A stretch of DNA of 64,000 bases from Octopus sinensis (Eukaryota): contig NC_043003.1 in the NCBI RefSeq assembly GCF_006345805.1, positions 107,570,001 through 107,634,000 on the forward strand, given 5' to 3'. The notes under the pieces were generated by a model. It was not told the DNA's origin and made no database searches. It saw only the letters and a program-made list of their open reading frames with translations. Both the position numbers and the translations under genes were made by a program. Below are positions 1 through 13,600 of the stretch, in pieces; position 1 is the first letter of the stretch, and each line of letters starts with the position of its first letter.

Positions 1-429
1 TTGTTTCTGAATGTTTTCTTAAAAAGAAATATATGAACAAAGGATACAGGAGTGACGATTAGTTGAATGGTCTTATTCGCAGCCGGAATCATTGTCGAAA
101 AGAGAACAATGGTGATGTATAGTATTAATATTAAAGTTATCATCTGGTCTTTCGAGAAGGGTGAGTGTAAGCCATTCTTACGAACAAACCCTTCCTTTTT
201 CTCACTTGAATGGCACATAAATAACTTCTTTACACTTGACATTATCGTAAACTGGAAAAAAAAAAAAACAATTAAAAAGTAAAAAGGAAACATTGTTAAA
301 TATAATAATTATTTAGACATGAACCTCATTAGATTTTAAGAACTGAATTTATTTATTCGTTTATTTATTTATTTTTGGTCGATAACCTAAGATTGTTGTC
401 ATTGTTTAACTCAGAGATCATATCAACAT

Positions 430-1378
430 CAGCTGCTAAAATTAGACAGCACACAAATGTCAAGAAATCTGAATACATACCTTTCAACCAATCAAGTGAT
501 GCTGTTTTGCTTTGAGTAGTTCCAAATTGAATGTTGCTGAAGACTTCAAGTACTCAGATGGTAGGATGAGCACTTTGAGAGCAGACATCAAGAGCAAGAA
601 GGCACAAGCACGGACTACCTGTCACAAACTAAAGAAGGTCTGGAACTCCAAATTGTCCAAGCACTTCATTGCAACTGTTGAATCAGTGCTATTATATGGC
701 AGTGAAAAATGAACACTGCCAAAGAAATTATCAAATGGGCCAAATGGATGCTGTGGAGGTACATGGCCTAGTGGGTAGAGTAGCGCACTTGCAGTTGAGG
801 GATTGCAGGTTCGAATCTCAGACTGGGCAATGTGTGTGTTTATGAGCGAAACACCTAAACTCCAATTGGCTCTGGCAGAAAGTAATGGCGAACTTCTGCT
901 GACTCTTTTGCCACAACTTTCTATCATTCTTTCCTCCTGCATCTTGCAGCTCACCTGCGACGGACTAGCGTACTGTCCAGGTGGGGAACCTATACGCCAA
1001 GGAAACTGGGAAACCGGCCCTATGAGCCAGGCATGGCTTGAGAAGGAACAACAACAACAAATGGATGCTACGAATGGCTCTAAATTTGAAATGGCAGCAA
1101 CATATGACAAACAAATGCCTTAAAGTAAACTTCTGAAAGTTAGCAAGAAGATCAGGCAAAGATAGCTGTGACTATCTGGTCACTGCATGCACCACCCTGA
1201 ATTGGAAGCATCCAAATTAGTCTTGAAGAACCTAAGAAGAAGCAAGAAGAGGAAAACATCGTCACACATACATCAACAACTTGATTGCAGACACTGGCCT
1301 GGACCTCAAGGCAGTGATGACGGTGCTAAAAGTGTGGTGGTTGGACTTTGTTGCTGCATCCCAAGTTGGAACCCAGCC

Positions 1379-1380
<2 letters not shown>
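430..1380 (+). mobile_element. Degenerate RTE-clade LINE 3' fragment (RT C-terminus), interrupted by a SINE
   Basis: Translation fragments LRADIKSKKAQARTTCHKLKKVWNS and FIATVESVLLYGSEK resemble the RTE RT C-terminal region (YLG..RK.AW..C..L.K.W.S / VESVLLYGSE.W). Many stops and frameshifts; ends at the (AAT)n run. Confidence 0.7.
753..1057 (+). mobile_element. tRNA-derived SINE with 12-bp target-site duplication
   Basis: A-box TGGCCTAGTGG, B-box GGTTCGAATC, (AAC)n tail. CAAATGGATGCT flanks it at 741-752 and 1058-1069. A related headless copy lies at 63020-63258 (-). Confidence 0.85.
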
Positions 1381-1432
<52 letters not shown>

Positions 1433-1434
1433 TA

Positions 1435-1475
<41 letters not shown>

Positions 1476-1476
1476 A
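1379..1476. repeat. (AAT)n-(GAT)n compound microsatellite
   Basis: Seen directly. Confidence 0.95.
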
Positions 1477-2439
1477 ATCTCTGATTGAGCAAAGGTGCCC
1501 TATATTTGACCATTCAACTTTTTATTTATTTAATTCCCTGTGCACATAAGTGAAAACAGAGTATTGTAATCACTCATCTTAGTTTCTTTGCTTGTATGTT
1601 AGCAAAATTACTGGAGAATGACTAAACAGATTTTCACCAACTTCGGCAGAAATACTCATTGGGTGAGTGGCTTGAAATGATGGAAATTTTTTTTGATTAT
1701 CTTCAAACATACATAAATACATACAGAGATATGCAACTGTGTGTGTATATTTGTGTGTACAGTGATGGATTTGAAGGTTTCCTTTATTTACGAGGTTAAT
1801 TTCTTAATTTCACCGGAGTATAAATACCTATAATGGTGATATTTAAAAAAAATAATAATAATTCAGTTCAATTAAAAAGCATGGGTAAGCAATGCATTGT
1901 AAGCCACATTAATTTGCGAAAAAAATTATCTGGGCACAGGGCATGCATTGCCCCTCTGATGCCTTTTGTTCATTTATTTACTTATCAATGTATATCATAT
2001 TCTATTTTTCATTTGTTTCTGTCAGTGCACTGCAGCCATGCTGGAGCACCACTTTTGATGGTTTTGTCAAACAAACCAACTACCACTTATTTTTAAGTCT
2101 GGTACTTATCCTATTGGACTCTTTTGCTGAACCATTAATGTACATGGATGTAAACAAACCAACACCAGTTGTTAAGCAGTGTCAAACACAAAGACATACA
2201 CCACACATATACACACACACACAATGAAGCAGCCTTCGGCTTTTTTCTATCCAAAGGTCTTTTTAAACCCAATATTTACATGCTATTATTTTTATTTATT
2301 GCTTCGTCTGCTTTGAGATTCTTTTGTATATTTGTATACAAAAGAATTTCTGTATACATATGTATACAAAAAAGCTTTGTCAGGCAGCAAGTCAACAAAT
2401 ATGCTGGCAGTTAGGAACCACTCTTTGCACAGGTAAAAA

Positions 2440-2700
2440 GATGAAAGCTTACCTGGTATGGTCATCTATCCCACCACAACTCCCTGTACAAAACCATTCT
2501 TCAGGACAAAGTCGAGGGAGGATGAAAGATAGGCAGACAGAGAAAATCCTGGTTTGACAACATCAAGGACTGGACAGGTCACAGCACAATGAACCTGATA
2601 TGCAAAACAGAGAACAGAGACCAACGGTGATGGCTCACTATGAAATTGTCTAAGAGTGGCACCCCAACAACTGGCTGCATCAGTTAAGGGATCCTGATTA
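2440..2700 (+). mobile_element. RTE LINE 3' end fragment
   Basis: Reads HNSLYKTILQDKVEGG..GRQRKSWFDNIKDWTG, the typical RTE ORF C-terminus (ILQG.VEG.R.RGR.RK.W.DNIK.WTG). Confidence 0.6.
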
Positions 2701-2718
2701 TATATATAAATGTATATA

Positions 2719-3423
2719 CAGGTTGGCCACAAAGTCATGCACCATGGGAGATATCAAGTACACTTTATTAGCAGTGAAGTAGGTAATCCATTACAAATGT
2801 TCAAAGTGTTGGTCATGTAGCTCTAAACAAGTGTACATATGGAATTTGAAATTGCGATGATCCCTCTCAAATAGCTCTCCATTGCCCTCGACTTGTTCAT
2901 ACGCTTCAACAATTCTTTGAAGAAGAGTCCTTGATCATGAATGAATCTTTTCAGAATACACTAGGGATTTAATGTAATCTCAGATGAAAAAGTCCATGGG
3001 GAGTTACATCAAGTGACTGTGGTCCCCATTCAATTGGCCCACGATAACTGAGCCATCTCTCTGGAAAATGGCCATTCAGAAAATCACAAACCTGTAATGC
3101 ATAATTGGGCAGAGCCCCATCCTGCTGAAAAACCAGACAGGATTTCCCTTCCAAGTGAATGCACATGAGGCATCATCTTGTTACCAAGCATGTCCAGATA
3201 CAAATCACCTGTCACAGAGCTCTCAAAATAAAATGGTCCAATTACTTGACTGTGTCAAATCCCACACCACACCATTACCTTGCCCCCATCTTGTTGATTA
3301 TCTGCCTCCATCCATTGAGGATTGGTTTGTGAGTAAAACCGGCAGTTGTGAAAAAGGATAAAAAAAGAGAATGTTAGCAATTTCACATATTGCAGGATGG
3401 TGTGTGACTTTATGGTCACCCTG
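2719..3423 (-). mobile_element. Internally deleted Tc1/mariner element
   Basis: Imperfect TIRs CAGGTTGGCCACAAAGTCATGCACC / GGTGTGTGACTTTATGGTCACCCTG in TA context. Transposase motifs VMVWCGI and FQQDGALPNYALQVCDFLNGHFPERW...IEWGPQSLDVTP. Confidence 0.85.
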
Positions 3424-3439
3424 TGTATATACATATATA

Positions 3440-3483
<44 letters not shown>

Positions 3484-4466
3484 CAATGGGCTTCTATAAA
3501 GTTTTTGTTTATCAGCTTATTTCTTCACATGGCATTGGTTGGTTCAGTGCTATAGCAGAAGTCTAAGGTGTTGCACAGTGGAACTGAACCTGAAACAATG
3601 TGCTTGCAAAGCCATGCATGTACCTGTATCTAAAACCTGAAATACTTGCTGATGATAGGAGTGGGTTTCCAACATTATGATGTCTTTAGTCACAGGCCAA
3701 GGAAGAAGTTGTAACATCTTTCAATAGCTTCTGCAGTTTTTTGCATTGGGCAAAGCATCTCTAATATTTATTTCACCTATCTACAATCACATGTATCCCT
3801 TCTTTTTAAAGAAAGTCAGAAAGTGATGTTCAACCAATTCGCTGCAGATTTTTTAAAAGCAGAATTTAAGGCTTTAATAAATCTGTAGCAGGAATATTCA
3901 GCAATCACCCATTGTCATGATTTGCTAGAATATTATCCACGTGATCAACAGAATCTGACCAATCACTAATTCGTGTTGACTAGGCTCCAGCTATAATTAT
4001 ATTTTTCTTTTGGTGCGTTTCCTTCGGAGCCTATCAGCCATTATAAATTGAGTACATCGTGACTATTAGACAGAGCGCTTTGGGATGCAGCAAAGAGAAT
4101 ATTGACAAACACTGTAAAAGTTGGCCAACAGAAACAGTGAACAGCATTAGAAGTCAGTAGAAGTCAATAGCTAGCAACTAACAACCCTTTATCTGCTGCT
4201 ACAACTAAACCAAGAACAAAATGCTCTTGACATTTTGACATTCATAGTAAGGACAACTCATTTTTCTTTTTGTTTTTTGTACGAAAAGAATAAAATTTTG
4301 TTTATCAAAAATCCCAACAGACTTCAGTGTTCTTCGGACAACTGTCTTGACTAATAATGTTTGAACAGCATGGGAAATCTTATTCTATTATACACGATTT
4401 AAAAGAGACGAGCTGGCAGAATCGTTAGAGCATTTGTCTTGTCACTTTATGTACTTTAAATTCTAA

Positions 4467-4701
4467 TACCTATTTCTTTATTACCCCCAAGGAGCTAAAC
4501 ACAGAGAGGACAAACAAGGATAGACAAACGGATTAAGTCAATTACATCGACCCCAGTGCGTAACTGGTACTTAATTTACCAACCCTGAAAGGATGAAAGG
4601 CAAAGTCGACCTCAGCGGAATTTGAACTCAGAACGTATTGGCAGACGAAATACAGCTACATATTTTGCCCGGCGTGCTAACGATTCTGCCAGCTTGCCGC
4701 C
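4467..4701 (-). mobile_element. tRNA-derived SINE (family A monomer) nested in an older SINE
   Basis: Minus strand GGCGGCAAGCTGGCAGAATCGTTAG ... GAGTTCAAATTCC ... GTCGACTTTGCCTTTCATCCTTTC; same family as 12247-12730 and 13601-13989. Older SINE halves at ~4405-4466 and ~4710-4840. Confidence 0.85.
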
Positions 4702-5934
4702 TTGAATCACCTTTGAATTCTAATATCATTGAGGTTAGCTTTGTCCTGCATCCTTCTGGCATTGATAAAATAAGATAGCAGTCTAGTATAAGTATTGATG
4801 TAATCGGCTAAGGTCCTCCATCTAAATTGCTGGCCTTGATCCTAAATCAGAAATCATCCAACACGGAGGTAAGCAATTCAATGAATGCAATTGAAACAAC
4901 ACTAAATTTGATTTTGCCATCTGTCAATCATACCAAATATATATACACCATTGAAAGGTATGATGCTGTGGTTTTTCTCTGAGAGAAAATGTCTTCATAC
5001 ACATTATGTTAAAAACACAATATATATCAGAGCAAAGCGAACATCGTTGCAGCAGTGATTCACAAGAATGACAGACGTGTTTCTCCTTACTCAGGGCTTG
5101 TAAATGTTGTGCCTCTCTAATTTAATGTCCTTTCAATTGCGTTCACTGAGTTTATTACAGCCTGGCCAGCTTTCTACAATATCAGTGAATGTATTATTCA
5201 ATGTTTCCTATATATATCGAAGCATGAATTTAGTCTAAGCAAGTGACAAATGGATGCATGGCACTGGCAAATTCTAAGTAGGGCGAAACGTACCTGCTAT
5301 TCTTATGAATTACTGCAACAACAAGGTTCGCCTCACTCCCATATAAATTTCATTTTTAACACAGCATGTCTACGAAGAGATTTACCCTCCAGCAAAACCG
5401 CAGTATCATGCCCTCCAAGGATGTATATACATTCCATATGATACATAGATAGCAATTTTAAGATAAGCATGACTTTCTATATACATTGTGAGGCAAAAAA
5501 AAAACGTTTGCATTTTACAAGTTGAAAAATGTTTCATCTACAAATACACGGTATGCACCAATGTAAATCATGATGGTAACTAAGAAGAACGGTAAAACAA
5601 TGGAAACACACTATCTGCATACCTGTACTAGTGGCACACTAATGGCCGTGTAAAATATGGGAGCTTCTTCTACAGTGTCCTGTATTCATTTTCTAAGTGC
5701 AGTGTTAAAAACGAGGAGCGTGACAGTAATCTGTTATTTGATGACATATTATACAGTGCTCAGTGCAATACAACTAGTTGAAAAAGGACAAAGGGGAGGT
5801 GACAGAAAGCAACAACAAGTTAAGAATGACAGCAATGGTAGCCGACAATTCATGCACAGTACACACGATGAAACATAAAGCAGAAAAGTGAACAGTAGAT
5901 CTATAAAGAGGAAAGGTGTAATGTTGGTAAATTT

Positions 5935-6143
5935 GGGAAAGCATGGAGTTTTTGAAGGATGCAGTGTCCTGACAGTGAATGTGGATAGTTTCATCCATGT
6001 TTCGACAATTCTGAGCATGAAGAAAATGAATTTCTGAAAGTCATGCTGCTGTGCTGTTTTTTGATTTTGTAAGTATGTGTAGCAAGGCTCCAGCTGAGTT
6101 TTGAACCATAACTCTCAGATCCATACTGCAAGTGAAGAAGTAC

Positions 6144-6209
<66 letters not shown>

Positions 6210-6610
6210 GAGAGAGAGAGAGAGAGAGGTTTGAACAAATAGTTGGTGAGTGGCTGACAAGGCTCTTACAGAGTGATGTTAAAACACCTTCAGCCTTTTA
6301 GACAACTGTAGGAAAGTGGTTCGTTCAAAGCAGATCGTTGTTGACAATAATGTCTAGGCTCCGTTCACCAGTAGACGTCTTAAGGTTTATATGTGAAGGG
6401 TGTTGGCAAATTGCAAGACATTCTATGCAAAATGTACATTTGTCTACTGTCAGTTTTAATCAGCAGTCAACAATTCATTGCTGCATTATGTCCAGGTCTG
6501 ATTGCAAGCAAGAGCTATTTTCGTATAGGATCTGTTCTTTTATTTCAAGGTATAGCTGCTTATTTTAATTCAGTTACGCACTTCAAGTTAGCATTTATTT
6601 CATTAACACA
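5935..6610 (-). mobile_element. Old CR1/L2-type LINE fragment split by a (TA)n(GA)n microsatellite
   Basis: 5940-6090 and 6470-6570 align by eye with 9850-9990 and 10520-10610 of the younger copy. Confidence 0.7.
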
Positions 6611-7399
6611 TGCAACAACAGTAAGTAAGCTGCATGCAAATCTTATCTAGTCTCCATTTTATACCCATTATCACAAAACAATGGAGTTGTACTATTAGTG
6701 TGAGCTTCCACTTTTTGACTCCAAACTTTCACATCCTGGTTTCGTGGTTGTGTGCTCTTGGGATACAGGACAAGGTGACCTTCTCCTTGGATTCTGGCAT
6801 TGTGACTGGTGGTGCTACAAGAATAATATCCTTGGTTCCTCTATTTTGTGCTTCTCTGTCTTTTCTAGACAGAAGGTAATGACCCTTATGTCCTTGTGTT
6901 GATGCTGGGGTCACGAGGACATGTCCATATAAGCCCCATTCCAACAAATCATTACTGGGTCAGATAGGTCCTATTGAGGAGGTGCCTGGGAACTCTATTC
7001 TCACAGTCCTGCAGAGAATACTGGGTTGGGAGGATGATTGGATGGATAGCATTATATCTCTGTCATTATGCAACGAGGATTCAGTTTTTCCATCAATTGA
7101 ATTACTTGCCCCTGAATTAATGTGTAAGTGGTTGTGCGCTCCATACATGTGTACCCTTAATGTAAGTAGGGGTACACGTCAAGATCACTATATGGGACAA
7201 ATCTGCATCTCTGGAATTACAGTTTCCACCACTGCGGTTATAGAAAATGACAGTTACCCAAGATGCTACACAGTGGAATCGAACCTGGGACTTCGTGGTT
7301 CGAAATGAACTTCTTAACCGTTCGTTCAGCACCTATATAATACACAGTAGTATGCTACTGTAATGTTGTACAGGTATAGTGGTGAAATTTCCACGAAAA

Positions 7400-8968
7400 A
7401 ATAAAAATGGTTACTTTAAGACAGAGTTTTGCAAGAGAGGTCATCGAAGTGAGGAATGTAGGACCTCGGGACAAGTATGGAGTACAAAATTTCCTCTGGC
7501 TCATCATGCCAGTGTACAGAGTGAATAACGTGGTGAATATGAAAGATGCCGGGATCCCAAAATGGCACAGTCGAAGACAAGTGTTCATTAAAAAAAGAAG
7601 CACCAAAGAGTAGAATGCAGTTCGATTTGCAGGAGCAGCAGTGGCGGTCGTGACAAGGCGTCTAGTTGAGAGGTACCGTTCAGTGGCATTGCTTGAAAAT
7701 GCTGTCATATGGTACCAACAAACTGGTGGAGCAGTAAGAGCGCGTCCGCGCGAGAAAGAGCAGTGCCTGGTCCGCCCTGCAGAATAATTCCATGAAGACG
7801 AACGGTCCATGCACATGCGTGAAGTCAGACGGGTCAGTTCACTCATGGCCCGAAAGGTTTCGGAGGATTGTTTGTCGTCCGGAGCAGAAGAAGTACAAGC
7901 ACGCGAGAAAGACGAAGGACTCATCTTTAGACGATAATAGGAAACGGAATGCCTCGAAAAACAAGCTGGTTGAAGGAAATGCCGCTAGAAATAGCAATCA
8001 AAACACCCTAGTTGAAACAAGACACGGCGAGCATCGAACTAGGAATTTTTTCAGCAGCAGAGGATGAAATGCGAGAAGTCCTTGCCAACGGATAAAGAAC
8101 AAAACAATGGCCAACACATGGATAATTTGGGTAGTGTTGAGAGAGGGAAACTCATACCTGGCACGTAGGAAAAATTGTTATCCATGTGAATTCCGGATAA
8201 AATTTTCTTCTTCTAACATTCAAGAAGAAAATTCCCCTGGAAAGCTGTGTCTTCGAAGGACCAAGTTGTAAATTCAGTTACAACACGAGGGAAAAAAAAG
8301 ATGTGCAGCTCCTGCTTGGAAATGGCGCCAAAATTTTTTGATGGAGAAAACAATATGGGACGAGAGAGACATCGGTAGTGTATCCTTATACAATGAATGG
8401 CAGCTTGATTGCGTAGACGAAGTCGAGAAGGAGAAAAAGGAATACGTTTCCACATGTCAGGAATTCGTCCAAGGGTCACCATTTCAGAAGGAATTGTGAT
8501 CTAGAACGTCATAGTTACCATTTTAACTGGTGGTGCGTGTGCTGCGTCGGGGTCAGCATTTTAGATTGGTGGTGTTCTCAGGTTGTGAAGCCATCTAATG
8601 ATGACTCTGTTCAGAAGGCTGTAATATGTCATTCGATAAAGAAACACGGTACAGTGAATTCATAGAACAAAGCTGTAACTTTATATACCTTTACTCTCGG
8701 TCTCAGATATATACAAATTGAATAAGAATGGAAAGAGTTTGATGAAAAGCGGCCATGTTCATCTTCTCTGTATTACCTCGTGTTTGCTTGATGCCTGCTA
8801 GCTGCCGCGTGTATCTAGTAACAGAGCTGGTGAGGTCATGTCTTTACGCTCCGGTGCCTCAATGCGAAAGAAGTGCCAGGATCTAGCATCCGAACCTTAG
8901 CGCTGCTTGCGCCATCGAGTGGCGAGCTATTTTAAACAGCCGCTGTCGAGAGAGGTAACTGCGCCTAC
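7400..8968 (-). mobile_element. Degenerate Gypsy-like LTR retrotransposon remnant (putative LTR ~8570-8968, PBS 8545-8558)
   Basis: Minus-strand TGCTGACCCCGACG matches the complement of the tRNA-Trp 3' end (TGGTGACCCCGACG) at 13/14. Upstream segment starts TGTAGG and carries a TATATAAA box. Weak integrase-like text LRLCHFGIPASFIFTT. No second LTR found. Confidence 0.45.
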
Positions 8969-9044
8969 ACACACACACACACACAACTATATACATAAAC
9001 GTATATATGTAAATATATATATATGTATATAGTTATGTCTACAT

Positions 9045-9068
9045 CTATCTATCTATCTATCTATCTAG

Positions 9069-9155
<87 letters not shown>

Positions 9156-9215
9156 GCTGGCTATCTGTGTGGGTGTGTGTGTGTGTGTCTGTATGTATGT
9201 GTGTGTGTGAGTGTG
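9045..9215. repeat. (TATC)n plus (GT)n microsatellite
   Basis: Seen directly. Confidence 0.95.
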
Positions 9216-9744
9216 TAGTGGATCTTGCATGCATGAAGTGGATTCGATCCACCATAGCCAAATTTAAATTAACACTGCAACAGAACCTTTCCCACAGTGG
9301 AACAATGGTTTTTCTGTGACAGCAGTTTGACATTCGCCAGATTGCCTTTAGCTAGGCCGAAATGTCTTCACCACTTGACCCTTTCTAACCTCTTCTACAA
9401 GACCACCAACTAAATCTATTGTTTTCAATGATATATCTATCCTTCTGGATAGTTATAAAAGCAAGAATACCCCAAGCAAAAATCAGTCAGTGACGATTCA
9501 ACCAGTTAGTCACCTCGGCGACAACAAAGTTTGGCTGACCAGCTAGAACCTTGGTCAGAGGGAGAAATGAAGTTTACTGTCAGCAACTGTGAGACAACGT
9601 CCTACACCCTACAACTCTCACAACAAATTTTTATCGTTACAACTGTTGACCCCGACTTTTCATATTATTGTGTATCTAATCAATCTTACCCGTTACAATT
9701 GGTGACCCTCGACTTCAATTAAAAATATTATCGCTATATAATAA

Positions 9745-10725
9745 TAATAATATAATAATAATAATAATAATTGTGTACAGTGCTCAGGTGCACTACAACT
9801 CACCTAAAGTGTATATATAATCAGGTGTAGTTTCGGCGGATTTCGGAAAGCATGAGGGCCTTAAAGGATGCAGTGTCATGGCAGTCAACAACTGACGCAG
9901 GCAGTTTATTCCATGCTTCAGCGTGAAAAAATGTTTCCGAAAGTCATGGGAGCTGTGTTGTTTTCTGACTTTGTAGGCATGTCCACGTGTGTTAGACACA
10001 TGGAGATCAAAAAGGTGTTCAGTGTTGTTGTTGGTGAGGTGGTTGATAACTTTGTGGGTGTTTACCAAGTCCGTCGTCAAACGCCGGAGCTTCAGTGAAT
10101 CCATGCCCAGGGAAACAAGGCGCTCAGAATATGGTAGGTGTCTGATGGAGGGTATGCGTTTGGTTGCACGTCTCTGGACAGATTCCAGGAGGTCAATGTT
10201 CTGAGCAAGATAGGGGTTCCAAACTGATGATGCGAATTCCAAGTGTGGTCGTACCATAGCTGTATACAGTTTTAAATAGATGGCTGGAGAGCGGCTAACA
10301 AAAGTCTTGCTGAGTGATGCCAAGACACCCTCGGCCTTCTTGACAATTTTAGAGATATGCTTTGTCCAACGCAAATCACTGCTGACAGTGATGCCTAGGT
10401 CACGCTCGCAAGAGGATTTCTTGATATCAGTGTTGTGGAGGGAGTATGTGGACGCAGGGTTTTTTCTCCCAAAATGCATGGTGGTACACTTGTCCACAGC
10501 CAGTTTCAGTTGCCAGTCAGTGATCCATTGCTGCATTGTGTCTAGGTCTGATTGCAAGAAAGAGTTGTAGACATCAGGATCTGTCCTCTTGATTTCAAGG
10601 TACAGCTTGATGTCGTCTGCATATTTCAATACTGTGGCATTCTTTAAATTGGCATCTATGTCATTAATGTATGCCACAAACAAGAGGGGACCAAGGACAG
10701 ATCCCTGTGGTACACCCGATGACAG
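9745..10725 (-). mobile_element. 5'-truncated CR1/L2-type LINE (RT C-terminal half) with (TTA)n tail
   Basis: ORF 10683-9793 plus upstream [13 protein letters not shown]; YADD catalytic motif; YTAMVRPHLEFASSVWNPY and LESVQRRATKRI motifs; 3' end GTAGTGCACCTGAGCACTGTACAC followed by (TTA)n. Confidence 0.92.
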
Positions 10726-10764
10726 TATGTGTGTGTGTGTGTGTGTGTATGCATGTATGTATAT

Positions 10765-10798
<34 letters not shown>

Positions 10799-10967
10799 AT
10801 GTTATATATATATATATATATATAATATATATAATATATATATGTATATTATATATATATATGTATATATATATAATATATATATATATTTATATGTACA
10901 TATATATTTATATGTACATATATATATGTATATATATATGTACATATATATATATATATATTATATG

Positions 10968-10998
<31 letters not shown>

Positions 10999-11315
10999 GT
11001 ATATATATATATATGTATGTATATATATGCATGTATGTATGTATGTATATATATGTATATATATATGTATATGTATATATATACGTATATGTATATATAT
11101 GTATATATATATGTATATGTATATATATACGTATATGTATATATATGTATATATATGTATATATATAATATATATATATGTATATATATATAATATATAT
11201 ATATATATGTATTATATATATATATATATATATATAATGTATATATATATATATATATATATATATCTATATATATATATGTATACATATATATATATAT
11301 ATATATATAATATAT

Positions 11316-11397
<82 letters not shown>
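10726..11397. repeat. Long imperfect (TA)n/(TATG)n microsatellite
   Basis: Seen directly; produces spurious YIYI ORFs. Confidence 0.95.
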
Positions 11398-11399
<2 letters not shown>

Positions 11400-11590
11400 C
11401 CATGATAGATCGCTAGTCACTAAACCTTTTTCTATTTTCTGTCCCTGTTTATTTCTGTGTTCCTTTCTGTCGAAGAGCATAGGCTCGAAGTGTAAAACGA
11501 GCGTTAAACTAATACATCTGTATATTGTTTACACACCCGTCTTAGTCTTTTGTTGGTTTTTTTTTTGTAAATTCTCACTATATATATATG
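11398..11590 (+). mobile_element. Penelope-like terminal-repeat remnant
   Basis: TGTCGAAGAGCATAGGCTCGAA resembles the PLE pseudo-LTR hammerhead-type motif also seen at 50861-50893; embedded in TA repeats. Confidence 0.45.
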
Positions 11591-12246
11591 TATGTATTTA
11601 TATGTACATATATATTTATATGTACATATGTGAGTTTCTATGTGAATATGTGTGTGCATACACACGCATACATTATTATGCTGATATTTTCAAACATGAC
11701 GTTACAATCGTATTTAGTTCTTTAAGTGCTTCAATTCTGTGTATGTACATATATTTACTAGATTTATGACATTTATTAATGGTTTCCCCCATTGTGTTGA
11801 TGTGCCATTTTCTATCATTAATAAAACTGTCAGCATTTTATATGACACGGGTATGCTAGTACAACAAAGAATAATGTTAAATACAAACACAACTCAACAC
11901 TCTCAGAGGTCAATGCTGTATGCCCTTCTAGAAGGTGTAGAAGAAACTTATAGTAATGATATTTCGAATTTTGACACAAGGCCTGCATTTTAGGTGGGGA
12001 GACAGTCGACTACTAATATAAAAGGTAAAGCTGACTTCAGCAGAATTTGAACTCAGAAGAAATGCTGCGAATCATTTTGTCCGATGTGCTAAGGTTTCTG
12101 TCTGTTTGTATTCAAATTTTCGCTCAAAGGCTGCAATTTTAGAGGAAAAGGGTTAGTCGATTACGTTGATCCCAGGACTTAACTGATTCCTTAATTTTTC
12201 GATACTGAAAGGTAAAGCTTACTTCGGTGGTATTTCAACTTAGAAA

Positions 12247-12730
12247 GGCGACGAGCTGGCAGAACCGTTAGAATGCCGGGTGAAATGCGTAGCCGTATTT
12301 CGTCTGCCGTTACGTTCTGAGTTCAAATTCCGCCGAGGTCGACTTTGCCTTTCATCCTTTCAGGGTCGATAAATTAAGTACCAGTTACGCACTGGGGTCG
12401 ATATAATCGACTTAATCCGTTGTCTGTCCTTGTTTGTCCTCTCTGTGTATAGCCCCTTGTGGGTAGTAAAGAAATAGGTATTTGAACTTAGAAAGGCGGT
12501 GGGCTGGCAGAAACGTTAGCACGCCGGGCGAAATGCGTAGCCGTATTTCGTCTGCCGTTACGTTCTGAGTTCAAATTCTGCCGAGGTCGACTTTGCCTTT
12601 CATCCTTTCAGGGTCGATTAAATAAGTACCAGCTACGGACTGGGGTCAATATAATCGACTTAATCCATTTGTCTGTCCTTGTTTGTCCTCTCTGTGTGTA
12701 GCCCCCTTGTGGGTAGTAAAGAAATAAGTA
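12247..12730 (+). mobile_element. Two tandem family-A SINE monomers (12247-12480, 12495-12730)
   Basis: Each has a tRNA head, the GTCGACTTTGCCTTTCATCC core and an AAAGAAATA(G/A)GTA end. TATTT(C/G)AACTTAGAA occurs at 12231, 12479 and 12729. Confidence 0.9.
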
Positions 12731-13600
12731 TTTGAACTTAGAACATAAAAAGCCGGAAGAAACATCGCAAGGCATTTTGTCCAACGCTCTGCCAATCTAA
12801 CATTTTTTTTTTTACTTGTTGCGTAGGTCTCAGGCATAGAAAAAAAAGTTAACATTTTGTACAAGTACGCTTGGGTATACACAAACAATAAAGCGGGGGA
12901 GAGATAACGTTAAGGTTAAAAACTTATAACAATAGAAAAAAGTCAATAATGTCAACAAGTAAAGGTCTGTACATCATTTTACAAAAATATTGTTCAAAAT
13001 ATCTAGAAAAAATGCAAAAACTTACAACTAGATATATCAAATGGTCGAGGATTTGAGGATTGAAGTGAGATTAATCCAGTTTACAAGTGAATCACTCGGC
13101 AATTCTGAGCTAGGTCTGAAGATTGAAGTCTCAGAAGTTCTCAGATTATACAATAAATAGAAGATTGCCTGCTTTACTTTGCGCCTCGCCATATATTGTA
13201 TGGAAGGTGAATATGTAAGGCATATGTATAATACAATGGATACTGATCTTGCAACTTATTGCACAGTAATAAAACTCACGTGTACTTTGGTTTAGTCTTT
13301 GGGTACAACTAACGAACTAAACAGGCACATGAAAGCTCATTTATAAACTGGGAAAAGAAAAATAGAATTTACCGTTAATCGGCTATAAACTAGGCATTTT
13401 TGATACTTATAATGGCCCGTGACTTGTGAAGAGAAAATTTTATATTTATTAAATTGTAACGTTGTATTTTATTATGACATCACTCATTCGTTGACGGCAA
13501 CCTAAATCTTCATAAAGGAAAATGCGGGAAAAATATGTATCTATATAAAAAATGGTTTTTGAAATATTTTATTTATGTATTTGTTTCCACTTGGTTCGTT

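Noticed and set aside
753-830. tRNA gene
   Set aside because: A and B boxes are present but there is no full cloverleaf; it is a SINE head with body, tail and TSD.
6700-7150. Degenerate APE endonuclease on the minus strand
   Set aside because: Only vague resemblance (HINSG...DIMLSIQ); catalytic motifs are not recognisable.
10671-11480. Long ORFs rich in Y/I/V/C (also ~43883-44246, 53440-53865, 55789-56306)
   Set aside because: Translation artefacts of (TA)n/(TG)n microsatellites.
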